From Thermodesulfobacteriota bacterium (GTDB lineage: Bacteria > Desulfobacterota_D > UBA1144 > Nemesobacterales > UBA2774), in assembly GCA_965223335.1 (NCBI GenBank), contig OZ244991.1:128001-192000 (forward strand): 64,000 bases of DNA, written 5' to 3'. Each line of letters starts with the position of its first letter. Within the stretch, counting starts at the first letter, position 1. Both the position numbers and the translations under genes were made by a program. A model generated the notes under the pieces. The model was not told where the DNA came from. It saw only the letters and a list, made by a program, of their open reading frames with translations, and searched no databases. Below, piece by piece: positions 31,171-43,490 of the stretch.

Positions 31171-32475
31171 TTAGGTTTCTTTGTCAATCTGGTTTGTGTC
31201 CGGTTCTACCTCGGTCAAATTAGCATTTTCTATAATAAAATCAATGACTTTTGCTTCTAATAGACCCGACTCGATGCTGGGCAGCATGTTATTCTTCTCG
31301 TATATATCCCGTACTTGATCCACCGGTACCCCGACCGAGCTAGATATCTCCTCAAGACGTTTATGGATCTCTTGATAATCAACTTTAAGACCCTCTTTAG
31401 AAGCGATCTCGCCGAGTACTATAGATGCCTTCACGTTTCGGGTTGCGGTGTTGTAGAGCTTCTGATCGGTCTCGGTATCGAGCGTGTTAATCTGTAGACC
31501 CTGTTGGCGCATATTCTGCATAAAGCTCTCGCGAAGCCTCTCGGCCTCCCCTGCAACTAGGCTCTCGGGTGTGTCGAAAGCATTGCTGTCGACAATCTTA
31601 TCGAGTATTGATTTCTTAAGGTTTTGCTCAGACTGCTGGGCCATCTGTTTGCCCAGGTCATCCCGTATCTTAGCGTTTAAAGAGTCTAGGTTCTCCTCGC
31701 CCAGCTCCGTCGCAAAATCGTCAGTAAGTTCAGGTAAGATCCTTTCCCTGATATCAGTTAGTTTCAGAGTAAATTTAACGGTCTTGCCCGCGGCTTCGCT
31801 TATCTGGAAATCCTCGTCGTAACTTACATCAAACTCCTTTTCGTCTCCCTTTTTCATCCCGAGGATATTTTCTTCGAACTCAGGTATCAATTTATCCTCG
31901 CCCACAACAAAAGGGATGTCCGATTTCTTAAGCCCCTCTACCGTCACTCCGTCAATCTGTCCATCGAAATCAATTATCGCGATATCCCCCACCTTAATCT
32001 CTCTCTCTTCCTCTAAAGGTTTCGTCTCGGCTCTATGCTGTCTTAAGTGTTCAAGGGCTTTGTCTACATCCTCGTCCTTTACCTCGTATTTTTCCTTCTC
32101 GAGCTCAAGCCCCTTGTAGTCCTCGAGCTCAAACTCGGGTATTACCTCAAACACAGCACTGTATTCAAACTCTTTTTCAGGATCGATCGCTTGTGGTGTG
32201 ATTTGCGGCCTGTTAATAGGCGAGACCGACGCCTCTTTGAGCGCGTCTTCAAACGACCCGCTAACTAGTCTAGAGGTGAGCTCCTCAATAATATGATCCT
32301 TATACATTGCCTCTACAACGTTTTTAGGAGCTTTGCCGGGCCGAAAACCCTTGATCTTAGCGTTCTTGCTAACCTCATCAAACACCTCGTCCCTCTGGCT
32401 CTTTACCTCTTCTGCAGGTATGGCTACCTGGATCTTCCTCTCAGTACTGCTTAGGTTCTCAACGTTTACCTTCAT
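31171..32475 (-). CDS. tig: trigger factor
   Basis: GFRPGKAP signature and FKBP-like domain. True start is ATG 32475, because the longer ORF overlaps tRNA-Leu. Confidence 0.96.
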   Translation of the reverse strand: MKVNVENLSSTERKIQVAIPAEEVKSQRDEVFDEVSKNAKIKGFRPGKAPKNVVEAMYKDHIIEELTSRLVSGSFEDALKEASVSPINRPQITPQAIDPEKEFEYSAVFEVIPEFELEDYKGLELEKEKYEVKDEDVDKALEHLRQHRAETKPLEEEREIKVGDIAIIDFDGQIDGVTVEGLKKSDIPFVVGEDKLIPEFEENILGMKKGDEKEFDVSYDEDFQISEAAGKTVKFTLKLTDIRERILPELTDDFATELGEENLDSLNAKIRDDLGKQMAQQSEQNLKKSILDKIVDSNAFDTPESLVAGEAERLRESFMQNMRQQGLQINTLDTETDQKLYNTATRNVKASIVLGEIASKEGLKVDYQEIHKRLEEISSSVGVPVDQVRDIYEKNNMLPSIESGLLEAKVIDFIIENANLTEVEPDTNQIDKET

Positions 32476-32518
32476 GACACAAAACCCCTTCAAATGTATT
32501 AGTCTGCGGGCAACCAAA

Positions 32519-32600
32519 TGCGAGAGGGGGGAGTCGAACCCCCACACCCGAAGGTACAGGATCCTAAGTCCTGCGCGTCTGCCAGTTCCGCCACTCTCGC
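32519..32600 (-). tRNA. tRNA-Leu(TAG)
   Basis: GCGAGAGTGGCGGAACTGGCAGACGCG-CAGGA-CT-TAG-GA-TCCTG, variable arm, GGTTCGACTCC. Confidence 0.97.
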
Positions 32601-32608
32601 AGGTTCTG

Positions 32609-32682
32609 TGGGCTGTGAGGGAATCGAACCCCCGACCCGATGATTAAGAGTCACCTGCTCTACCTAGCTGAGCTAACAGCCC
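32609..32682 (-). tRNA. tRNA-Lys(CTT)
   Basis: GGGCTGTTAGCTCAG..GGTGA-CT-CTT-AA-TCATC..GGTTCGATTCC. Confidence 0.96.
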
Positions 32683-32709
32683 TTAAAAAATTCAATGATT
32701 AGAGCGATT

Positions 32710-32737
32710 ATTATAATTATCCTGCTATCAAAATCAA
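32710..32737 (-). promoter_or_regulatory. sigma70-like promoter of tRNA-Lys/Leu-tig
   Basis: TTGATT-N16-TATAAT. Confidence 0.55.
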
Positions 32738-32753
32738 CCTTAGGACATTTTGT

Positions 32754-35450
32754 CTAGGCAGGGTCTTCGGGTTTAACCACCACAAGTGTGTATTTATCGA
32801 GATCAATGTACTTCTTGGCAGCATTTAAAACATCCTCTGCATTGACGCTGTTTATCCTCTCGGGGTATCTATGGTATTCCTCCCACCCGATCTCATAAAG
32901 CTCGTCAAACGCTATCTTTGCCGCTTGTGAGGAGTTTTGCTGAAGCCCAATCTCAAAATTGCCCACTAAATAGTTCTTAGCCCTATCGATCTCCTGCTCT
33001 GTAACCCCGTCACTCAAAAGCAGCTCGAGCTGTTCTTTTATGCCCCCTACGGCCTCGGTCTCTTTTTGCGGAGCCGTACCTATGTATACGCCGAAAAACC
33101 CCGGTTCCAGTCCCGGTGTATAAAACGAGGTCACAGTGTATGCAAGGCTCTTTTTATCCCTAAGCTCAAGAAATAACCTCCCGCCCTGTCCCGAAAGTAT
33201 AGTATTTAGGACCTCAAACGAGTAGTGATCCGGGTCCTTTATCCCTGGGCCCTGAAAACCCATGATTATATGTGTCTGTGACTTCTCCGCTTTATGTTCG
33301 GTCTTCTCACGCACCTCTGCCACAGGTGGTTCGGGCTTAATCTCCGGCACCACTGAACTGCCTTTAGTCATACTGCCAAATTTTTCTTTGACATCTAACA
33401 AGACTTGATCGGTGTCCACATCCCCTACCACAGTGATCACCATGTTCTCTGGGCGTGCATAGTTTTGGTAAAACTCCACTAGATCACCCTGCTTGATCCC
33501 GTCTACGGTTTCTTTAGTTCCCAGAACAGGGAACTTGTATGGGTGTTCTGAGTATAGAGTGCTTAAAAACAGGTTCACTGCAGTCTTAAGAAGGTTGTCG
33601 CCCTGACGGTTAATCTCGGCCAGTATCTCTCTGCGTGCCCGCTCAATCTCTTGGTCATTAAACGAGGGGTGGAGCAATACATCGGCAAAGAGCTCCATGG
33701 CGTTATCAAAATTGCGACTTAGGGCTTCTACAGTGACCCCAAAGCTGTTTCGCCCCGAAAACCCGTTTATACTCCCAGCCAGTGACTCTATCTCTTTGGC
33801 AATCTCCTCAGTGCTCCTGCTCTTTGTCCCTCGCGTCAACATCCTAGACACATAGTTGGACACTCCATTATTCTTTTCCTGCTCGAACCTGATCCCACCC
33901 AAAAACGCCGCCCTGGCTGCAAAGAGAGGCACAGAATGGTTCTCTTTAACCAAGAGCGTGATCCCGTTATCCAAAACAAACTTGCTGACCTCTTCTTTTT
34001 GATCATCGGATTTCACTTTGGCCTTAGCAGTACTTCCTTCATTCGACGATGCCTTAGCAATATCGAGTATTTCAGTCTCACTTATCGAAACGCTTTCGCT
34101 CGGGTGTAAGAATCCCGTACTCATGTTGGGTGTATTAAAATACTTATTGGCCACCCTCTGTATATCCTCTGTTGTTACGTCCGAGATAGCACGCAAGTAA
34201 TCTTCCTCGTAACGATAGTCATCGGCCTCAACCTCATAGAAACCGAGTTTCTGAGCCTGCCCCTGCATGGTTTCTTTGGTGTATACAGCGTCACTCTCAA
34301 TATTTATCTTGGCGCGCCGAAGTTCCTCTCGGCTGACCGGCTCGTTTTTCAAACGGTTTATTTCGGCAAGTATCTCTTTTAACGCCTCGGTTGATTTATC
34401 AGGTGCTATACTCCCGCCCACAGCAAACACACCCTCGTGCTTAGGCGTAAAGGAATAAGCATAAATATTATTTACCAGTGCTTTGTCTTCTTTGATCGAC
34501 CTGTATAGCCTCGAGCTCTCGCCACCGCCCAGAATGCCAGAGATTATATCAAGCGTCGGTGTATCTTCGTGTTTAGCATTAGGTGTGTGGAATGCTACGC
34601 TAAAGTAGCCCTCCTGCAGACTCTTATCTATCACAAACGGCCTTGTCTCTGTTTGCGGAGGTTCGGCCTTTATATCGCAAGCGGGAAGCTCGCCCTCCTT
34701 CAAAGCCCCGAAGGCCTCATTAATTTTGGGTTTTACCTCTTGGGTATTGAAATCACCCACCAGTACCAGCACCATATTGTTCGGTTTGTACCACTTGTTA
34801 TAGAAATTGAGAATCTTCTCACGTGTAAAACTCTTTACACTCTCTGTGCTACCGATCACGGGGCGTCCATATGGGTGTTCCGTGAACAAGGTGGAAAACA
34901 TCTTTTCGCTTATGTTCCTGGACGGCGAGTCCTGTCCCCTTCTAATCTCCTCTAGCACAACCTCAAGCTCCTTTTCCAGCTCCTCCGGGTCAAATGCAGA
35001 GTTCTGCATCGCATCCGCCAGCACATCAAGGGCAGTGTCCAGGTATCTGCTTGCAATAACTACATAATAAACTGTTTCATCAAACGATGTGAACGCATTT
35101 ATATCGCCCCCGCTACTCTCTATTACCCTTGCAATCTCGCCCACGCTTCGTTTTTCTGTACCTTTAAAAAGCATGTGTTCATGCACATGGGCAAGACCAT
35201 ACTCGCCCTCCTCTTCACACGCACTGCCTACCTTTACCCACACGTTCACTGCCACGACGGGCGAGGAGTGGTTTTCCTGAAGTATCACGGTTAGTCCGTT
35301 ATCAAGACTGTATTTTGTAACTCCGCTTTTATCGTGCATCACATTATTACTCTCCTTTGGGGTACTGCTCGTTTTGCTTTCAGACATGGTAGGTGCTCCG
35401 GACAATAAGATTACAATTGTACATACGACAAACAAACATAATTGTCTCAT
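32754..35450 (-). CDS. M16 family zinc peptidase (two-module, secreted)
   Basis: Signal-like N-terminus, HVHEH (HxxEH), NAFTSFD, second module lacking the metal motif. Confidence 0.93.
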   Translation of the reverse strand: MRQLCLFVVCTIVILLSGAPTMSESKTSSTPKESNNVMHDKSGVTKYSLDNGLTVILQENHSSPVVAVNVWVKVGSACEEEGEYGLAHVHEHMLFKGTEKRSVGEIARVIESSGGDINAFTSFDETVYYVVIASRYLDTALDVLADAMQNSAFDPEELEKELEVVLEEIRRGQDSPSRNISEKMFSTLFTEHPYGRPVIGSTESVKSFTREKILNFYNKWYKPNNMVLVLVGDFNTQEVKPKINEAFGALKEGELPACDIKAEPPQTETRPFVIDKSLQEGYFSVAFHTPNAKHEDTPTLDIISGILGGGESSRLYRSIKEDKALVNNIYAYSFTPKHEGVFAVGGSIAPDKSTEALKEILAEINRLKNEPVSREELRRAKINIESDAVYTKETMQGQAQKLGFYEVEADDYRYEEDYLRAISDVTTEDIQRVANKYFNTPNMSTGFLHPSESVSISETEILDIAKASSNEGSTAKAKVKSDDQKEEVSKFVLDNGITLLVKENHSVPLFAARAAFLGGIRFEQEKNNGVSNYVSRMLTRGTKSRSTEEIAKEIESLAGSINGFSGRNSFGVTVEALSRNFDNAMELFADVLLHPSFNDQEIERARREILAEINRQGDNLLKTAVNLFLSTLYSEHPYKFPVLGTKETVDGIKQGDLVEFYQNYARPENMVITVVGDVDTDQVLLDVKEKFGSMTKGSSVVPEIKPEPPVAEVREKTEHKAEKSQTHIIMGFQGPGIKDPDHYSFEVLNTILSGQGGRLFLELRDKKSLAYTVTSFYTPGLEPGFFGVYIGTAPQKETEAVGGIKEQLELLLSDGVTEQEIDRAKNYLVGNFEIGLQQNSSQAAKIAFDELYEIGWEEYHRYPERINSVNAEDVLNAAKKYIDLDKYTLVVVKPEDPA

Positions 35451-35473
35451 CAAATACTCCTTATTTGCGAGAA

Positions 35474-36283
35474 CTAACGTGTGTCTTTCGACTCTATCTC
35501 TTTGGATAGCCCCCGAGGCTTAGCCCTAAGTTGGTTTACTATATAAATCAAAAGGCCGGCGATAGTGTATAAGTATACTAAAGAAATGAACATTATCTCG
35601 GGGTTTGTAATAACTGCAGCAATCACAATGGCTGCAATCACCAATACATTAAACGGCGCAGCGAGCTTTAATCTCCCACGCTTCCAGTACCTGACGTTGC
35701 TCACCATAAGCAGCCCTATAAAAGGTGCCGCAGCCAAATAGTAGGTCATAACACCATGGTCGGGCTCAATCCTAAAAGCACTCAAGAGCATTATGGGCGA
35801 GATCATCAAACCCGCAGCCACTGGGCTTGGCAGCCCCGTAAAACTATAGCGCTCTTCATTGCCCGACTGCACATTAAACCGCGCAAGCCTAAGCGCTGTA
35901 CACACAATGTAAAAAAGCACAGCCATGAGCCCAAGCTTATTGAAATCCATCAACGTCCATACGTAGACCAACACCCCCGGTGCCACACCAAACGATACAA
36001 GGTCAGAGAGCGAATCATACGATAGGCCGAACTTAGATTCGTGGTTTATAAACCGTGCCAGCACACCGTCAAGCATATCGAAAAATGCTGCTATAACTAT
36101 AAATCCCGAAGCCCACCAGAACCTAGTGGTTACCCACTGCTCACTAACATCCCCACCTGGACTCTGCACAATAATCTGAATTGTGGTCATTATGGATAAC
36201 ACTCCAAAACTCAGGTTCCCCGTAGTAAACAGGTTGGGTATTATCGGTATGACTCTCTCTTTTTTCGATCTACGCTTTTTCAT
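35474..36283 (-). CDS. pssA: phosphatidylserine synthase (CDP-alcohol phosphotransferase)
   Basis: IPNLFTTGN, DMLDG..AR....S.FG..YDSLSD.VSFGVAP, LRLARFN. Confidence 0.93.
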   Translation of the reverse strand: MKKRRSKKERVIPIIPNLFTTGNLSFGVLSIMTTIQIIVQSPGGDVSEQWVTTRFWWASGFIVIAAFFDMLDGVLARFINHESKFGLSYDSLSDLVSFGVAPGVLVYVWTLMDFNKLGLMAVLFYIVCTALRLARFNVQSGNEERYSFTGLPSPVAAGLMISPIMLLSAFRIEPDHGVMTYYLAAAPFIGLLMVSNVRYWKRGRLKLAAPFNVLVIAAIVIAAVITNPEIMFISLVYLYTIAGLLIYIVNQLRAKPRGLSKEIESKDTR

Positions 36284-36299
36284 GCTTGATAGATTTATA

Positions 36300-36970
36300 T
36301 CAGTTCATATGAGCTATGACGGATTCCCCGCCACGAACCCTCTCGCCCACCCTACACATGATATCACAACTGGCCGGCATATAAACATCTACCCTGGACC
36401 CGAACCGGATCATGCCGAACCTCTGCCCCTTTTGGACCTGGTCCCCAATCTCTGCATAACACACTATACGACGCGCCAGGAAACCCACGATCTGCACCAC
36501 GACAAAGCTCTCATCGGACTCGGTCCTGATTTGAGTAGCCAGCCTTTGGTTTTGATCGGAAGCCCTTTTCATATCTTTGCTATAGAGCCCAGGGGGCATA
36601 TGAGCAATCTGAAACTTACCGGGTATAAACTTTTTCCCCGCCACCTCGCCCTCGACAGGGTATCTGTTGATATGACAGTCGGTAAGAGCAAGTGAAATAC
36701 TTACCCTCTGCATCTCGGTATTTAAGAAATCATCCTCCATTGCCTGCTCGATCATAATCACTCTGCCGTCGGCAGGCGACACCACGGCATTTTCATCTGT
36801 TGGAATATCCCTCTTGGGATCGCGAAAGAAATAGATTACAAATACGGTAAGCCCCAAAAACAGCACCGATAGCAGACTATAGCCGAGTAAGGCAAGGGCC
36901 CATGTCAAAAGCCCAAGCCCGGCTATAATCTTTAGTCCTTCAGAAGCTATGAGAGCTTCTCTACCATTCA

Positions 36971-36971
<1 letters not shown>
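36300..36971 (-). CDS. psd: phosphatidylserine decarboxylase proenzyme
   Basis: FFRDP, SPADG, HINR.P, ARRIV, FGSRVD autocleavage site. Confidence 0.93.
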
Positions 36972-38487
<1,516 letters not shown>

Positions 38488-38605
38488 TTGATAAACTCCT
38501 CCAAACCTATAATATTGATGAGATTACACTAGGGGCGAAGCAAGTCTATGCACCCGCAATCCCGGTCTCTATTATCACTACACGGCGCTAATATATCAAG
38601 AGTGT

Positions 38606-40309
38606 CTATGCCATATCCACAGGCTCTAAAATCATATCGTTCATAGCACCGCCGGGTGCAATCATCGGATACACCATCTCCTCGCAGTCCACCATTATCT
38701 CCATTAACACAACGCCTTCCATGGAGAGCCCTTCTTTCAAGCTGGACTCAAGGTTCTCCGGTCTCTCAATCCTAAGCCCTCTTGCACCGAATGACTCAGC
38801 AAGTTTAACAAAGTCTGGAAGTACCTCGAAATAAGATGCAGAGTAGTTGCCTTCGTAAAACATCGTCTGCCACTGACGCACCATCCCGTGGTGACGGTTG
38901 TTAAGAACTATGATTTTCAGGTCCATATCGTTCTCAACAGCAGTAGCAAGCTCCTGGAAATTCATCTGGAAACTGCCGTCCCCGCACACGCTTATAACGG
39001 TTTCGTTGGGACGGGCAAACTTTGCCCCCATAGCAGCCGGGAACCCAAAACCCATAGTTCCAAGCCCACCTGAAGTTATGTGGGTTCTCGGGCGTTTGAA
39101 CTTATAGAACTGCGCCACCCACATCTGGTGCTGCCCCACATCGGATACGATGATGGCCTCACCGTTTGTGATCTTGCTTAGGGTGTCTATTACATATGTA
39201 GTAAGGATCTTATCGCCGTTTTGGTTATAGGTCATGGGATGCTTTTTATCCCAGTCCTTTATCTGGCTTAGCCATTTTTTCCTGTTTAATTTAATCTCGC
39301 TCGGCAGCAGCTCTAGGATCTGGATCAGCACCTCTTTGGCGTCACCCACAATCGGGCAATCAACATTAATGTTTTTGTCAATTGTCGCAGGGTCTATGTC
39401 TATGTGGATTATCTTTGCATTGGGTGCAAACTTCTCGAAGTTCCCGCCTGTGGCCCTATCGTCAAACCTGGCCCCGATCGAGATAACCAAGTCACTCTCA
39501 TGCACAGCCATATTCGCCGCATAAGAGCCGTGCATACCAAGCATGCTAATATAAAGTGGGTCATCCGAGGGATAGGCCCCTAATCCCATCAGCGTCGAGG
39601 TTACAGGTATTTGCAGACGGTGTGCAAACTCAATTAGTTCAGCACTGGCATCAGACCAGATCAATCCTCCCCCGCCGAATATAAGCGGTTTTTTTGCTGC
39701 GAGCATTAGCTCAACTGCCTTTTTGATCTGACCCGGATGCCCCTTGGTGACGGGTTTGTAGCCTCTGATATTAATATCCTCGGGAATTATGAATTCGTCC
39801 TCTCCTATGAGCACGTCCTTGGGCATGTCTACAAGCACAGGGCTCGGCCGTCCGGACCCAGCGATATGAAACGCCTCTAACATAGCTTTTGGAAGCTCAC
39901 GTGTCTCTCTTACGAGATAGTTATGCTTTGTACAAGGCCTAGTGATACCAATGTGGTCAGCCTCTTGGAACGCATCGCTTCCAAGGTACGGAAGGGGGAC
40001 CTGTCCGGTAAAAACAACTATGGGCGAGGAGTCCATCTGTGCCGTAGCAATGCCGGTTACGGTATTAGTAGCTGCGGGCCCCGATGTACAGAGCACAACG
40101 CCCGGGCGCCCAGACGCTCTGGCATAGCCGTCCGCCATGTGTGTAGCACCCTGCTCATGGCGAGCAAGTACATGCTTCATTCTGTCCAGGTATTTAGGCA
40201 TTACATCATACACTTTAAGCACATACCCTCCGGGTAGGCCAAACACCACGTCTATGCCCTGGTGTAACAAGGTTTCAAAAAACATCTCAGCGCCTATCAT
40301 TCTCGCCAT
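38606..40309 (-). CDS. ilvB: acetolactate synthase large subunit
   Basis: RHEQGA, TSGPAATN, SGGLGTMG, TPP motif GDGSFQM...NN..GMVRQWQ. Confidence 0.97.
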   Translation of the reverse strand: MARMIGAEMFFETLLHQGIDVVFGLPGGYVLKVYDVMPKYLDRMKHVLARHEQGATHMADGYARASGRPGVVLCTSGPAATNTVTGIATAQMDSSPIVVFTGQVPLPYLGSDAFQEADHIGITRPCTKHNYLVRETRELPKAMLEAFHIAGSGRPSPVLVDMPKDVLIGEDEFIIPEDINIRGYKPVTKGHPGQIKKAVELMLAAKKPLIFGGGGLIWSDASAELIEFAHRLQIPVTSTLMGLGAYPSDDPLYISMLGMHGSYAANMAVHESDLVISIGARFDDRATGGNFEKFAPNAKIIHIDIDPATIDKNINVDCPIVGDAKEVLIQILELLPSEIKLNRKKWLSQIKDWDKKHPMTYNQNGDKILTTYVIDTLSKITNGEAIIVSDVGQHQMWVAQFYKFKRPRTHITSGGLGTMGFGFPAAMGAKFARPNETVISVCGDGSFQMNFQELATAVENDMDLKIIVLNNRHHGMVRQWQTMFYEGNYSASYFEVLPDFVKLAESFGARGLRIERPENLESSLKEGLSMEGVVLMEIMVDCEEMVYPMIAPGGAMNDMILEPVDMA

Positions 40310-40336
40310 CGCAATTTACCCCCGGTCGGTATGTAG

Positions 40337-40549
40337 TTATCTCAAACTTCTGATCTTAGCTTCCATCTGGTCTTTTAGAGAAAGTTTAATTTTTTTTAAT
40401 CTCTTTACCTCAATCTCATCCTCATCTGGATCCGTGCCCTGGTTTTCCAACTGCTTAATCTTTTCGTCCAGTTCTCTGTGTTCGGTATAGATCTTTTTAA
40501 ATTCTTCATCTCCCTCTAATAATTTCTCTATAATTGCTTCTTCACTCAT
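40337..40549 (-). CDS. DUF465/YdcH-like coiled-coil protein
   Basis: EH.ELDEKI..LE...E..RLKK.KL.LKDQM; ATG 40549 after GAGGAG. Confidence 0.8.
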   Translation of the reverse strand: MSEEAIIEKLLEGDEEFKKIYTEHRELDEKIKQLENQGTDPDEDEIEVKRLKKIKLSLKDQMEAKIRSLR

Positions 40550-41237
40550 GGTGTCTCTCCTCGTGATATATTTCTGCGTCTGATTTGCGCAAATATAAAG
40601 GGGTGAGCTCCAAGGTATTATCCGAACCATAACACCTTAGCTTGCGAGCACCTAAAAGAGCACAGTTCGATGCTCTGGGTAAACCAAGTTCGTTAGAACT
40701 AAATATAGCTATATCCCCTAGATTATCTTCCAGAAAATCACGATAAAGTAAAGCACCACTGCCTGTAAACAACGTTTTTTCTTTAATTTCCCCCACTAAT
40801 TCCCCAGGTGTCATTGTTGTATCCTCTCTAAGCCTGCAGACTTCATTTCTGGACTGATCAAAAAACGCCGTGTAAATCTCGTTCTTTTTAGCATCTACAA
40901 CCGTACATATAGGATAGCTAACATTTGAGAAATTCGAAGCAATGATCTCTAGCGTAGACACCCCCGCAACAGGAATGGATAAACTATAGGCAAGTCCTTT
41001 CACGGCAGAGATACCGATGCGAAGCGCCGTAAAGGAGCCCGGGCCCACTGACACAGCCAACGCATTGAGCTCTGTTTTATCTATGCCGGTTTCGTTTAGG
41101 ATCCAATCAATGGTGGGCAGTAATTTTTCAGAATGCGAGGGCCCTTTATCCAGGTAACTCTCCCCAACCACTCGATCTCCCTCAACAACTGCAATCCCCG
41201 TCGCAAATGTCGAGGTCTCTACACCCAATATAACCAT
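40542..41237 (-). CDS. tsaB: tRNA threonylcarbamoyladenosine biosynthesis protein TsaB
   Basis: LGVETST, HSEKLLP, VGPGSFTALRIG, DAKKNEIY, PLYLR. Confidence 0.94.
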   Translation of the reverse strand: MVILGVETSTFATGIAVVEGDRVVGESYLDKGPSHSEKLLPTIDWILNETGIDKTELNALAVSVGPGSFTALRIGISAVKGLAYSLSIPVAGVSTLEIIASNFSNVSYPICTVVDAKKNEIYTAFFDQSRNEVCRLREDTTMTPGELVGEIKEKTLFTGSGALLYRDFLEDNLGDIAIFSSNELGLPRASNCALLGARKLRCYGSDNTLELTPLYLRKSDAEIYHEERHHE

Positions 41238-41280
41238 AAATATCTATATTCCCGTAACAACTTGGATGGGCATCCTCAAA

Positions 41281-42408
41281 CTACGCGTTCTGTTGATAAT
41301 TCTCTTCTCTTGTAAGCGATGACGACCCAGATGTAACACCCTGAATCCTCAGGTCCAAATCGTCCTTGTTAGTCGCCTGACGCATAGTCTCTTCATATGT
41401 GATAATGCCTGCTTTGAAATGGTTGAACAGGCACTGGTCAAATGTTTGCATGCCATAATGCATGTGCCCCTCTTCGATGGCCTTACGTATTTCCTTGGTC
41501 CTCTCGGGCTCAGAGATCAGGTCGCAAATCCTTGCCGTAGCAATCAAAATCTCTGCCGCCGGTACCCTTCCTATACCGTCAGCCTTTGGTACAAGTCTCT
41601 GTGAGATAATTGCCTTTAGCACCTGAGCGAGCTGGTAGCGGACCTGGTTGTGCTGGTGGGGCGGGAATATCGTAAGCATCCTGTTAATGGTCTCCATTGC
41701 GTCCAGAGTGTGGAGGGTTGAGAGCACCAAGTGCCCTGTTTCTGCAGCCGAGAGGCATATCTCCATGGTCTCAAGGTCACGCAACTCACCCACCAGTATT
41801 ACATCGGGGTCTTCTCTAAGCGCTGCGCGCATGGCATTTGCAAACGACTCTGTATCAATACCCACTTCACGCTGGTTAATAAAGCTGGTTTTATCTTTAT
41901 GCGTATACTCAAGCGGGTCTTCAACCGTGATTATGTGGCGTGCTTTTTTAGTGTTTATGTAATCTACAATTGCAGCAAGTGTGGTGGATTTACCGCTTCC
42001 GGTAGTACCCGTGACAATAACGAGCCCTCTCTCTTCCTCTGCAATCTTCTCTAGCACAGGAGGAAGGTTAAGGTCACTGAATGATAAAATATCGTAGGGT
42101 ATGGCCCTTATAGCAATTGAGGTTGTACCCCTTTGTTGAAATACGTTTACCCTAAACCGTGACAAACCCGATATGCTGTGTGCAAGGTCCATCTCGAATG
42201 AATTCTCGTATTTTTGTATCTGCTTTTTATTCATCATCGAGTAAGCCATGGCCTGTACGTCTTCCTGCGAAAGCTTTGGAGCCTCTTTAACAGCCAACAA
42301 CTTACCGTTTTTCCGAAACATAGGGTGGCTGCCGACTTTAAGGTGTATGTCGGACGCACCCACTTTTATCGCAGCCCTAAGTATATTGTCGACATTTATA
42401 GTTCCCAT
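41281..42408 (-). CDS. type IV pilus retraction ATPase (PilT/PilU family)
   Basis: ASDIHL, GTTGSGKSTT, TVEDPLE, ALREDPDVILVGELRD, AETGHLVLSTLHT, GMQTFDQ. Confidence 0.93.
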   Translation of the reverse strand: MGTINVDNILRAAIKVGASDIHLKVGSHPMFRKNGKLLAVKEAPKLSQEDVQAMAYSMMNKKQIQKYENSFEMDLAHSISGLSRFRVNVFQQRGTTSIAIRAIPYDILSFSDLNLPPVLEKIAEEERGLVIVTGTTGSGKSTTLAAIVDYINTKKARHIITVEDPLEYTHKDKTSFINQREVGIDTESFANAMRAALREDPDVILVGELRDLETMEICLSAAETGHLVLSTLHTLDAMETINRMLTIFPPHQHNQVRYQLAQVLKAIISQRLVPKADGIGRVPAAEILIATARICDLISEPERTKEIRKAIEEGHMHYGMQTFDQCLFNHFKAGIITYEETMRQATNKDDLDLRIQGVTSGSSSLTREENYQQNA

Positions 42409-43458
42409 CTACTTCTCCTCTTCCCCTTGATTTTGTTTCCCGGGATTTTGTTTCCCGACCATACCGCTTTTCTCATATATCTCGTTTTTTATTTTTTCCA
42501 GGATCTCCGGGTTTTCACTTAGGAAATTCCTAGAGTTTTCTTTTCCCTGTCCGAGCCTCTCGCCGTCGTACGAATACCATGTACCGCTCTTCTCAACCAC
42601 TTTATACTTTGTACCTAGATCAATTAGCTCTCCTGTTAATGATACACCCGTTCCGAACAAAATATCGAATTCGGCATCCCTAAACGGGGGTGCGACCTTA
42701 TTTTTCACTACTTTTGCCCTAACCCTATTACCCTTTACCTCGTCGCCGTCTTTTATGGACCCTATCCTGCGTACATCTATTCTCACCGAGGAATAAAACC
42801 TAAGTGCTGTGCCACCGCTTGTGGTCTCGGGGTTCATATAGGGCAGAGTACCGATCTTCATACGCGTTTGATTGACAAAGATTACAAGGGTTTGGGATTT
42901 CCCTACAGTCGCGGTTATTTTGCGAAGCGCTTGTGACATGAGACGAGCCTGGAGCCCCACATGGGCGTCGCCCATCTCACCCTCGATCTCAGCCCGGGGT
43001 GTTAGTGCTGCTACCGAGTCAAGCACGATTACATCAACCGCCCCACTTCTAACAAGTGTGTCTATAATCTCAAGGGCCTGCTCCCCAAAATCGGGTTGCG
43101 AGATTAATAAGTCGTCAATCTTAACACCTAAATTCCTTGCGTAATTGGGGTCAAGTGCATGCTCCGCATCTACAAACGCAGCTATGCCGCCAAGTTTGTG
43201 ACATTGTGCTATTACCTGGAGTGCTAAAGTGGTTTTTCCCGAGGCTTCGGGGCCATAAATCTCAACAACTCTCCCTTTTGGGAATCCACCTAGGCCAAGC
43301 GCTATATCGAGCCCGATTGAACCCGAAGGAATCACAGATAACTCCGGTACGGGAGCATCGGCTCCAAGACGCATTATAGAACCCTTTCCAAACTGCCTTT
43401 CAATCGACGCTATAGCATTATCTATAGTTTTTTCTTTATCCGTTTGATCTGTTGACAT
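42409..43458 (-). CDS. recA: recombinase RecA
   Basis: [36 protein letters not shown]. Confidence 0.99.
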   Translation of the reverse strand: MSTDQTDKEKTIDNAIASIERQFGKGSIMRLGADAPVPELSVIPSGSIGLDIALGLGGFPKGRVVEIYGPEASGKTTLALQVIAQCHKLGGIAAFVDAEHALDPNYARNLGVKIDDLLISQPDFGEQALEIIDTLVRSGAVDVIVLDSVAALTPRAEIEGEMGDAHVGLQARLMSQALRKITATVGKSQTLVIFVNQTRMKIGTLPYMNPETTSGGTALRFYSSVRIDVRRIGSIKDGDEVKGNRVRAKVVKNKVAPPFRDAEFDILFGTGVSLTGELIDLGTKYKVVEKSGTWYSYDGERLGQGKENSRNFLSENPEILEKIKNEIYEKSGMVGKQNPGKQNQGEEEK

Positions 43459-43490
43459 AGACCTCTCTCATATAATTTTATCTTTGTGAA

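Noticed and set aside
14325..32682. CCA encoded in three tRNAs (Ser, Asp, Val) but not in Arg, Leu and Lys
   Set aside because: Normal in bacteria that have a CCA-adding enzyme.
36183..36695. 170-aa plus-strand ORF, and similar antisense ORFs over lon, cinA, lysC, cimA and the SDR
   Set aside because: All overlap well-supported genes on the opposite strand and have no recognisable features.
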